A program made the translations under genes and the position numbers. From assembly GCA_003170115.1 (NCBI GenBank), contig PMZS01000282.1, positions 1 to 32,820 of the forward strand: a DNA stretch of 32,820 nucleotides, in the 5' to 3' direction. Numbering within the stretch: the first letter of the stretch is position 1; each line of letters starts with the position of its first letter. Origin of the DNA: Spirochaetaceae bacterium (GTDB taxonomy: Bacteria; Spirochaetota; Spirochaetia; SZUA-6; Fen-1364). The notes below the pieces were generated by a model. That model saw only the letters and a program-made list of their open reading frames with translations. It did not search any database and was not told the DNA's origin. Shown here piece by piece: positions 9,894-17,440 of the stretch.

Positions 9894-11746
9894 GAGCTCG
9901 TCTGCCTCGCCTCCTCGTGCTCCCACTCCTCGTTCTGCTCGCGACCTGTCGGCCTTCGGGACACGACGCGACTGCGTTCGACTACGTGATCGGCGTCTCC
10001 ATGGCCAACCTTACCGAGCCCTGGCGCATCAACATGAGGGACGAGATCAATGCGGAGGCTGCGCACCACGCCAACCTCCGCATCGTGTTCACCGACGCGG
10101 CGGACTCGAACAGCCGCCAGATCCAGGACGTGCACACGCTGCTGAGCTCCGGCATCGACCTGCTCATCATCTCCCCGAACGACTCGGAGGCTCTCTCGCC
10201 GGTGATCACGGAGGCCTACCACCGGATCCCCGTCGTCCTCCTGGACCGGTCCGTGATCGGGTTCGACTACACCCTGTTCATCGGCCCCGACAACCGGCTC
10301 ATCGGCAAGCAGGCCGGCGAGTACGTCACGGGGCTCCTGGGAGAGAAGGGCGGGAAGGTCGTCGAGATCATGGGCCGGTCCGGCTCCCCCCCGGTGCTTG
10401 ACAGGAGCGTGGGCTTCCGGGACGCCATTTCGCCCAGCCGGTCCATCACCATCGTGGGCACGATTGTCGCCGATTGGCTGCGCGACAAGGCGGAAGACGA
10501 GCTGAGCGCGTGGCTCAAGAGATACGGGCGCGTCGACGTCATCTTTGCCCAGAACGACGCCATGGCCGAAGGGGCGCGCCGGGCGGCCGAGAAACTGGGG
10601 ATCAACGGCATCCGCGTGGTCGGCATCGACGGGCTGCCTGGACCGGATGGCGGCATTGAGCTGGTGCGAAGCGGAGCCCTCTCCGCGACGTTTACATGCC
10701 CGACGGGCGGCAAAGAGGCGATCATCTATGCAATGGACATCCTCCACCACGAGGAGGGTATCCCGAAGAAAATGATACTTCGGACCTCCCTGGTCACGGA
10801 GAAGACCATCGAGAGCGGCGCCTTGGGCGCCCCCGCGCGGCCGCGCCTTTCCCCCGATCATCGCATCGTGCTGGGTTTCGCCCAGACCGGCGCGGAGAGC
10901 AACTGGCGCCTGGCGAACACGGATTCCATCAAGACCGCGGCGCGGCAGGCCGGGATCGACCTGGTCTTCGTCGACTCGGAAGGGCAGCCGGAGAAGCAGA
11001 TCGCCGCGGTGAGGTCATTCATTGCGCGCAAGGTGGACATCATCTCCTTTTCTCCGATCGTCGAGTCGGGGTGGGAGCCGGTGCTCCGCGAGGCGAAAGC
11101 CGCGGGAATACCCGTGTTCCTGTCCGATCGCACCGTCGACGTGAAGGACGAGTCCCTCTGGACGACCTTCATGGGCTCGGACTTCCTGGAGGAAGGGCGC
11201 CGCGCCGCGAGGTGGCTCATCAACTACATGAAGACCGACGCACCGGTGAACATCGTGGAGCTGCTGGGTACGATTGGCTCGGCGCCGGAGATCGACCGGA
11301 CGCTGGGGTTCAAGGAGATGCTGAAAGAGCATCCCAACTACCGCATCATCGTGTCGGAAAGCGGCAATTTTGAACGAAGTACCGGCAGGGAGGTCATGCA
11401 GCAGATCCTGCAGGAACTTGTGGCAAAGGGTCAGAAAATGGATGCGCTCTTCGCGCACAACGACGACATGGCAATCGGCGCGATCGCGGCCATGGAGGCC
11501 TGGGGAATCAGGCCCGGCAAGGACGTGGCGATCGTGTCGGTCGACGGAATCCGCGATGCGTTCACCGCGATGATTGCCGGAAAGCTCAACTGCTCCGTAG
11601 AGTGCAACCCGCTGCTGGGTCCCCAGCTCATGAAGGCCGTCAAGGACTACATGGCCGGGAAGGACCTGCCCGTGCGCCTCATCACCTCGGAGGGCGTATA
11701 CCCCGCCGCGGTGGCGCGCACCGTGCTGCCGAGCCGCAAGTACTGA
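9890..11746 (+). CDS. Tandem two-domain periplasmic sugar-binding lipoprotein (type I PBP x2; C-terminal domain YtfQ-like)
   Basis: Signal peptide ending LLATC (Cys20). Two complete Peripla_BP-type repeats (IFAQNDAMAEGA; LFAHNDDMAIGA...ECNPLLGPQ). ATGA overlap with the regulator. Confidence 0.9.
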   Translation: MRARLPRLLVLPLLVLLATCRPSGHDATAFDYVIGVSMANLTEPWRINMRDEINAEAAHHANLRIVFTDAADSNSRQIQDVHTLLSSGIDLLIISPNDSEALSPVITEAYHRIPVVLLDRSVIGFDYTLFIGPDNRLIGKQAGEYVTGLLGEKGGKVVEIMGRSGSPPVLDRSVGFRDAISPSRSITIVGTIVADWLRDKAEDELSAWLKRYGRVDVIFAQNDAMAEGARRAAEKLGINGIRVVGIDGLPGPDGGIELVRSGALSATFTCPTGGKEAIIYAMDILHHEEGIPKKMILRTSLVTEKTIESGALGAPARPRLSPDHRIVLGFAQTGAESNWRLANTDSIKTAARQAGIDLVFVDSEGQPEKQIAAVRSFIARKVDIISFSPIVESGWEPVLREAKAAGIPVFLSDRTVDVKDESLWTTFMGSDFLEEGRRAARWLINYMKTDAPVNIVELLGTIGSAPEIDRTLGFKEMLKEHPNYRIIVSESGNFERSTGREVMQQILQELVAKGQKMDALFAHNDDMAIGAIAAMEAWGIRPGKDVAIVSVDGIRDAFTAMIAGKLNCSVECNPLLGPQLMKAVKDYMAGKDLPVRLITSEGVYPAAVARTVLPSRKY

Positions 11747-11748
11747 TC

Positions 11749-11770
11749 GGCGCCCCTCGTACGGGGCGCC
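11749..11770 (+). other. Perfect 8-bp stem-loop immediately after the sensory operon (no U-tract)
   Basis: GGCGCCCC-tcgtac-GGGGCGCC. Confidence 0.6.
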
Positions 11771-11787
11771 ATCCCTGTCTACGCTCG

Positions 11788-11845
11788 AAAAGTGCACAAA
11801 ATAGCTGAATAGTCTAAATACCGCGACCCGAGAGTGTGCTACAAC
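11788..11845 (+). promoter_or_regulatory. Candidate activator-dependent promoter with putative AraC/YesN binding site
   Basis: AT-rich, 10-bp-phased imperfect repeats AAAAGTGCAC/AAAATAGCTG/AATAGTCTAA (11788-11817) run up to the expected -35 position. Extended -10-like TGcTACAAC at 11837-11845; no recognisable -35. Confidence 0.45.
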
Positions 11846-11890
11846 CAGAGGTGGATTCACACTCGTGGAAGTGAACAGAGGAGCACAATC

Positions 11891-12526
11891 ATGCGGCAGA
11901 TCCTTCGCGGGGCGGCGGTACTCCTTCTTCTGATCGCGGTGGCGGGAGTCGGCGCTGCGCAAGCGAAAGCGGGTACCCTGAAGTGCGTGGGGATATACTC
12001 GGAAACCAGCGACGGCTCCATCAGCTACAGGGTCGGCACCGGTGACTGGGTCGTTGTCAAGGTGGGGGACACGATTCCCGCCAACGCCGAGATACGGGTC
12101 AACGTGGACAGGGACTGGATAGAGGTCACGCCGGCCAGCAATTCGAACGCCGTGTACGAAATTCACGGACCCGACTCGGGGGAGATCATCAAGAAAGTCA
12201 CCGACATTCTGAAGGGCAAGCCGAAACTGGTCAGTTTCCCGAAACCAAAGGGGGCGACGCCCGACGCGAAATACAAGGACAAGCTGGTCGTTGTGCAGTA
12301 CCTCGGGAGACAAGTGTACATGACCCCCGATGGGGACGAAAATGACATCCAGTACGGCGATGTGCTGGACATCAAGGGGAAAGTAAGGATCATCGCCATC
12401 AACAACACCATCAATCTCATGAACGCCAGCGGAAAAGTGACCACCGTCATCGGTCCGCTGAATTTCGATGTGGAGAAGGTGCTGACGAATCAGCAGCTTT
12501 ACAAGTACTTGAACGTCCCGAGATGA
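11891..12526 (+). CDS. Hypothetical secreted beta-rich protein (211 aa) with an internal two-fold repeat
   Basis: AGAGGAG RBS before ATG 11891 (preferred over the track's GTG 11834). Sec signal MRQILRGAAVLLLLIAVAGVGAAQA. Coding-like codon pattern. No family recognised with confidence. Confidence 0.8.
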   Translation: MRQILRGAAVLLLLIAVAGVGAAQAKAGTLKCVGIYSETSDGSISYRVGTGDWVVVKVGDTIPANAEIRVNVDRDWIEVTPASNSNAVYEIHGPDSGEIIKKVTDILKGKPKLVSFPKPKGATPDAKYKDKLVVVQYLGRQVYMTPDGDENDIQYGDVLDIKGKVRIIAINNTINLMNASGKVTTVIGPLNFDVEKVLTNQQLYKYLNVPR

Positions 12527-12544
12527 TCGGGGTGAAGGAGGCAA

Positions 12545-12589
12545 ATGCGAAGGAAGAAAGACGTACAAGAGCGCCCGTCGGGTATCTGA
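12545..12589 (+). CDS. Possible 14-aa small ORF / leader peptide MRRKKDVQERPSGI
   Basis: Preceded by TGAAGGAGGC, the same 10-mer that precedes ytfQ, but with only a 3-nt spacer after GGAGG. The stop codon lies within a hairpin. Confidence 0.25.
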   Translation: MRRKKDVQERPSGI

Positions 12590-12688
12590 CGGGATTCGGG
12601 AAATGAGTTCCAAGGGTTTTCTTTATCGGTTCATCCTGATGAAGAAAAGAACCGCACTAGAGGCAAGAGTTCTTTTGAAGGAGGCTTT

Positions 12689-13663
12689 ATGAAGCGCTGG
12701 GGAAAAGTCCTGGCTCTCGTCGCCGTGGCGATGGTGGTGGTCTCGGTGGCCGCAATCGCCGCTCCCAAGACTTGGGTCGTGGGTTTCACGCAGGTCGGGT
12801 CCGAAAGCGAATGGAGAACCGCTGATACCATTTCCGTTCAGGATTCGATCACGAATGATCCCACCCTCGTGATGGTGTATTCCGATGCACAGCAGAAACA
12901 GGAGAACCAGATCAAGGCGATCCGCTCATTCATCCAGCGGAAAGTCAACGTCATTCTTTTCACCGCAATTGTTGAAACCGGGTACGGTACCGTTCTCCAG
13001 GAAGCCCAAAAGGCCCACATTCCAATCGTCATGATTGACAGGCCCGTTGCGAAGGAGGACATGCATTACGTGCTCACCATCATGGGGTCTGATTTCATCA
13101 AGGAAGGCGAAAAGGCAGGAAATTGGCTCGCCAAGTACCTCAAGGACAATGGCATCGATGACGGAAGCACGCCGATCGACATTGCCGAGCTCCAGGGGAC
13201 CACTGGCGCGGCTCCCGCCATTGACAGAGCTCAGGGTTTCCGGAACATCGCGAAAGATCATCCCAACTGGCAGATCAATCACTCTCAGGACGGCGACTTC
13301 ACCTCCTCCCAGGGGAAGCAGGTCATGGAAGCCTTCCTGAAAGCCGACCCGAAAATCCAGGTGCTCTTCGCGCACAATGATCAGATGGCACTCGGCGCCA
13401 TCCAGGCAATCAAGGAAGCCGGCCTCCAGCCCGGCAAGGACATCATCATCATCGGCATGGATGCAGTGAAGGGCATGTTCCAGGCGATAGTCGCCGGTGA
13501 GGCGAACTGCACCATCGAGTGCAACCCACTGCTCGGGCCCCAGGCCGTGCAGGCAATCCATGATCTCAGGGCCGGGAAGAAGCTTCCCGCCCGCATCTGG
13601 ACGATCGAGAGCCAGTTCGACGCGACAAACGCTGCGGCGGCATTACCGACCCGCCAGTACTAA
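12689..13663 (+). CDS. ytfQ: Sugar ABC transporter substrate-binding protein, galactofuranose-binding YtfQ-like
   Basis: VGFTQVGSESEWR, DAQQKQENQIKAIRSFI, GSDFIKEG, ELQGTTGAAPAIDR, IECNPLLGP. Strong AAGGAGG RBS. Non-lipoprotein signal peptide. Confidence 0.88.
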   Translation: MKRWGKVLALVAVAMVVVSVAAIAAPKTWVVGFTQVGSESEWRTADTISVQDSITNDPTLVMVYSDAQQKQENQIKAIRSFIQRKVNVILFTAIVETGYGTVLQEAQKAHIPIVMIDRPVAKEDMHYVLTIMGSDFIKEGEKAGNWLAKYLKDNGIDDGSTPIDIAELQGTTGAAPAIDRAQGFRNIAKDHPNWQINHSQDGDFTSSQGKQVMEAFLKADPKIQVLFAHNDQMALGAIQAIKEAGLQPGKDIIIIGMDAVKGMFQAIVAGEANCTIECNPLLGPQAVQAIHDLRAGKKLPARIWTIESQFDATNAAAALPTRQY

Positions 13664-13691
13664 TCTCGAGAAGTTCTGAACTTTGAATGAT

Positions 13692-13723
13692 GCAGGACCA
13701 CTCGCACTCAGGGGTGGTCCTGC
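13692..13723 (+). other. Strong intercistronic stem-loop after the SBP gene (likely mRNA stabiliser or partial terminator)
   Basis: GCAGGACCAC (13692-13701) / GTGGTCCTGC (13714-13723) form a perfect 10-bp stem, extendable by TTGAA/TTCAA. Confidence 0.7.
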
Positions 13724-13780
13724 CTTCAATCAGGCCTTACGTCACCTCCGCCGCGGTGCTCAGCGGCTTCCGGGCGGGAG

Positions 13781-13808
13781 TTGACGAACCGCAGGGCTTG
13801 CTTATCAT
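13781..13808 (+). promoter_or_regulatory. Possible internal sigma70 promoter upstream of the ABC ATPase
   Basis: TTGACG, 16-nt spacer, TATCAT. Confidence 0.4.
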
Positions 13809-13852
13809 GTGTCGCAAGAAGCCGCGGGGTACCGCAGCGAGGAGGCGTGGGA

Positions 13853-15379
13853 ATGCCCGAAGAAATGCCCGTCCTGTCGATGAAAAGGATCACCAAGGTA
13901 TTTCCGGGCGTGAAAGCCCTTTCCGCGGTGGATTTTCGCCTTTTCAAAGGAGAGGTTCACGCCATCATGGGCCAGAACGGCGCCGGAAAATCGACGCTGA
14001 TCAAAGTGCTCACCGGTGTGCACGAGCAGGATTCCGGCGAGATACTGCTGGAAGGCAAACCGATCCGCCCGGATTCCCCCCTCGCCGCACAGAAGCTGGG
14101 AATCAGCACCGTGTACCAGGAAATCAACCTCTGCCCGAACCTGTCGGTCGCGGAAAACATCTTTGCCGGCCGGCAGCCCACGCGTTTCGGAGGCATCGAC
14201 TGGAAAGAGATGACCCGGAGGTCGGAAGAGCTCCTGAAGCGGCTGAACCTCGTCATCGACGTCACCCAGATCCTCTCGTCGTACTCCATCGCAATTCAAC
14301 AGCTTGTGGCAATCGCCCGGGTCCTGGATATTTCCTCCAAGATCCTGATCCTCGATGAGCCGACTTCCAGTCTCGATGAGACCGAAGTGGAACAATTGTT
14401 CAAGGTCATCAGGTTTTTGCGTGATGAGGGACTGGCCATCATCTTCATCACTCATTTCCTGGACCAGACCTACCAGATTTCGGACCGGATCACGGTCCTG
14501 AAAAACGGGGAGTTCGTCGGGGAGTTCAGGACCGAAATGCTCCCGAAACTGGATCTGATCGCCAAGATGCTCGGCAAGGAATTGTCCGAGTTCAGCTATG
14601 CCGCGGATAACGATCAAAGAAAAAGGGCGTTCGCAATTGCCGGCAAAGATGCAAAAAACGTGCTCAATGTGAAGGACCTCGGACTGCGCGGTTCCATCGC
14701 GCCCTTTGACCTGAATCTGAACGAAGGCGAGGTCCTCGGATTGGCCGGACTCCTGGGTTCCGGCAGGACGGAAATGGCGCGGCTCATTTTCGGCATCGAC
14801 GGCGCCAACCAGGGTGAAATCCAGGTCAAGGGAAAGAAGGCGGCCATCAACTCCCCCAGGAGCGCAATGATGGCCGGGATGGGATTCTGCTCGGAGGACA
14901 GGAAGAGCGAGGGTGTTTTCGCAGACCTGACCGTCCGGGAAAACATTATCCTGGCCCTGCAGGCCAGGAACGGAGTGTTCAAATACATCACGACGAGAAA
15001 GCAGCTGGAGATCGCCGATGAAATGATCAAGTCTCTGGCAATCATGACCCCGAGCGCAAACAACCGGGCCAGCCAGCTCAGCGGAGGCAACCAGCAGAAG
15101 GTGATGCTGGCGCGATGGCTTGCCACCAGTCCGATCATCCTGATCCTGGATGAGCCCACGCGCGGCATCGATGTCGGAGCAAAGCTGGAGATCATGGAGC
15201 TGATCCTGAACCTGAGCAGGCAGGGGATGGGCGTCATGTTCATTTCCTCCGAGTTTGAAGAGGTGGTCCGATGCAGCAGCCGGATCGCCGTCCTGAAAGA
15301 CAAGGCAAAGATCGCGGAATTGAACGGAGAGGACATGAACGAGAGCAGCATCATGCGGACGATCGCGGGAGGGAACTAG
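13853..15379 (+). CDS. ytfR: Sugar ABC transporter ATP-binding protein (CUT2, two fused NBDs), YtfR-like
   Basis: GQNGAGKSTL, ILDEPTSSL, GLLGSGRTE, LSGGNQQKV, LDEPTRGIDVGAK. GGAGG 7 nt before ATG 13853. Confidence 0.92.
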   Translation: MPEEMPVLSMKRITKVFPGVKALSAVDFRLFKGEVHAIMGQNGAGKSTLIKVLTGVHEQDSGEILLEGKPIRPDSPLAAQKLGISTVYQEINLCPNLSVAENIFAGRQPTRFGGIDWKEMTRRSEELLKRLNLVIDVTQILSSYSIAIQQLVAIARVLDISSKILILDEPTSSLDETEVEQLFKVIRFLRDEGLAIIFITHFLDQTYQISDRITVLKNGEFVGEFRTEMLPKLDLIAKMLGKELSEFSYAADNDQRKRAFAIAGKDAKNVLNVKDLGLRGSIAPFDLNLNEGEVLGLAGLLGSGRTEMARLIFGIDGANQGEIQVKGKKAAINSPRSAMMAGMGFCSEDRKSEGVFADLTVRENIILALQARNGVFKYITTRKQLEIADEMIKSLAIMTPSANNRASQLSGGNQQKVMLARWLATSPIILILDEPTRGIDVGAKLEIMELILNLSRQGMGVMFISSEFEEVVRCSSRIAVLKDKAKIAELNGEDMNESSIMRTIAGGN

Positions 15380-15380
15380 C

Positions 15381-16403
15381 GTGACATCCTGGAGATCCCT
15401 GAGTCGCACCAAGATCGTGTGGCCCCTCATTGCCCTGGGGGCTCTCCTGCTCTTGAACCTGTTCTTCACGCCTCACTTTTTCCGCCTGGAGATCAAGCAA
15501 GGGCACCTGTACGGCAACCTGATCGATATTCTGAAGAATGTCGCCCCGATCATGCTGCTGTCCATCGGCATGACGCTGGTCATCGCGACGCACGGAATCG
15601 ATATTTCCGTCGGTTCCGTCGTGGCGGTATCTGCCGGTGCCGTCGCGATTCTCATAGGGGGTGACCTCGCCGGGCACCCGAAGTACCCCATCGCCGTGGC
15701 GATGATCGCGGCGTTGCTGGTGTGCACCGCCGCGGGCATGTGGAACGGGATGCTGGTATCACGGGTCCGCATGCAGCCCATCATCGCGACACTGATCCTT
15801 TTCGTCGCGGGCCGCGGCATCGCGATGGTGTTCACGAATGCAATGGTCATCTGGCTCTACGCAAAACCGTTTGCGATCCTGGGCCAGGGATATGTGCTGG
15901 GCATCCCCTTCTCGATCTACATAGTGGCATTCGTGCTCCTCTTGACTTTCATTTTCACCAGAAGGACCGCGGTCGGGATGTTCATCGAGGCGGTGGGTAT
16001 CAACCCGACGGCGGCCCGGTTCTCCGGAATCAACGCAAAGAATATCCTCTTCTGGGTCTACACGTTCAGCGGGCTTTGCGCGGGTATTTCCGGGCTGATC
16101 GTGTGTTCCACCGTCATGAGCGCGGACGGGAACAACGCGGGGAACCTGTACGAGCTGGACGCCATCCTGGCCGTCGTGCTGGGCGGCACCTCTCTGAACG
16201 GCGGCAAGTTTTACCTGTTCGGGAGCATCGTCGGCGCCTTGATCATCCAGACCCTCACCACGAGCATCTACGCGATCGGCATTCCGGCCGACGTTTCCCC
16301 GGTCGTAAAGGCGTTTGTCGTGTGGGCCGTCTGCCTGATGCAGTCCGAGAGGTTCAGGACCAGGATCGTACGGGTGTTCGTCAGAAAGGGGTTGTCGGCA
16401 TGA
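15381..16403 (+). CDS. ytfT: Sugar ABC transporter permease, YtfT-like
   Basis: GHLYGNLIDIL, GIDISVGS, QPIIATLILFVAGRGIA, ADGNNAG, ELDAILAVVLGGTSL; multiple TM segments. Confidence 0.88.
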   Translation: MTSWRSLSRTKIVWPLIALGALLLLNLFFTPHFFRLEIKQGHLYGNLIDILKNVAPIMLLSIGMTLVIATHGIDISVGSVVAVSAGAVAILIGGDLAGHPKYPIAVAMIAALLVCTAAGMWNGMLVSRVRMQPIIATLILFVAGRGIAMVFTNAMVIWLYAKPFAILGQGYVLGIPFSIYIVAFVLLLTFIFTRRTAVGMFIEAVGINPTAARFSGINAKNILFWVYTFSGLCAGISGLIVCSTVMSADGNNAGNLYELDAILAVVLGGTSLNGGKFYLFGSIVGALIIQTLTTSIYAIGIPADVSPVVKAFVVWAVCLMQSERFRTRIVRVFVRKGLSA

Positions 16404-17422
16404 GCAGGAAACTCTTCGCCAGCTCCCGAAACCTTCCCATCCTGGTCACCCTCGGATTGTTCATCGTCATGTTCGGATTGGGCTCCATCGCATTCCCCGG
16501 GTTCTTTTCGATTCAAAACTTTCTCAACCTTTTCATCGACAACTCGTATCTCCTGATCCTTGCCGTGGGGATGACGTTTGTGATCATATCGGGAGGCATC
16601 GACCTGTCCGTTGGATCCATGCTCGCCCTGTCCGGGATGGTCTCTGCGAGCCTGCTGGAAAAGGCTCACATGAGCCCCCTGTTCGTGATACCGATCGTGC
16701 TCCTCATGGGAACGGCGCTGGGTCTTTTCATGGGGTACCTGATCCAGGCCTTCGACCTTCCGCCATTCATCATTACCCTTGCCGGGCTGTACCTGGCGCG
16801 AGGCCTGTGTTACGTCGTCAGCCTCTTTACCATCTCGGTCAAAAACAATTTTTTCCAGGCCGCGGCGCATGCGCAAGTCAATATCATCGGCACCAATTTT
16901 CTTTCACCGGGAGCGTTGATCGCGATCGGAGTGGTCCTGATTGGGTTTTTTGTCTCGCGCTATACGAAGTTCGGCAGGACCGTCTACGCGATCGGGGGCA
17001 GCGAGCAGTCCGCCCTGCTGATGGGACTTCCGGTCGCACGCACCAAGATCGCCACCTATGCCTTGAGCGGCTTCTGCTCTGCGTTGGGCGGGATTGTGTT
17101 CACATTCTATACGCTCTCCGGGTACGGGTTGAACGGAAAAGGCATGGAGCTGGACACGATCGCGGCGGTCGTCATTGGCGGAACCCTGCTGACCGGGGGC
17201 GTGGGGAACCTCTTCGGGACGCTCCTCGGCGTGCTGGTCTATGGGATCATCCAGGTGCTGATCGTCTTCCAGGGCACACTCAACTCCTGGTGGACCAGGA
17301 TCGTGATCGGGTTCCTGGTGTTCGTCTTCTGCGTTCTGCAGAGGCTGTTCGAGGCGAGAAAGGGCGCAACGTTGGGACGGAACACTGCCCGCGAGCCCGC
17401 GAAAGCCGCGGCGGGACGTTAG
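16400..17422 (+). CDS. yjfF: Sugar ABC transporter permease, YjfF-like
   Basis: ATG 16400 overlaps the ytfT stop (ATGA). FVIISGGIDLSVGS, FGRTVYAIGGSEQSALLMGLPV, ELDTIAAVVIGGTLLTGG, GTLNSWWTRI. Confidence 0.9.
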   Translation: MSRKLFASSRNLPILVTLGLFIVMFGLGSIAFPGFFSIQNFLNLFIDNSYLLILAVGMTFVIISGGIDLSVGSMLALSGMVSASLLEKAHMSPLFVIPIVLLMGTALGLFMGYLIQAFDLPPFIITLAGLYLARGLCYVVSLFTISVKNNFFQAAAHAQVNIIGTNFLSPGALIAIGVVLIGFFVSRYTKFGRTVYAIGGSEQSALLMGLPVARTKIATYALSGFCSALGGIVFTFYTLSGYGLNGKGMELDTIAAVVIGGTLLTGGVGNLFGTLLGVLVYGIIQVLIVFQGTLNSWWTRIVIGFLVFVFCVLQRLFEARKGATLGRNTAREPAKAAAGR

Positions 17423-17440
17423 GCCCAGTCGGGAGGTCTT

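Noticed and set aside
15722-16399. Apparent 566-aa yjfF with a long N-terminal extension
   Set aside because: The extension is an alternative frame of ytfT. The real start is ATG 16400 at an ATGA overlap.
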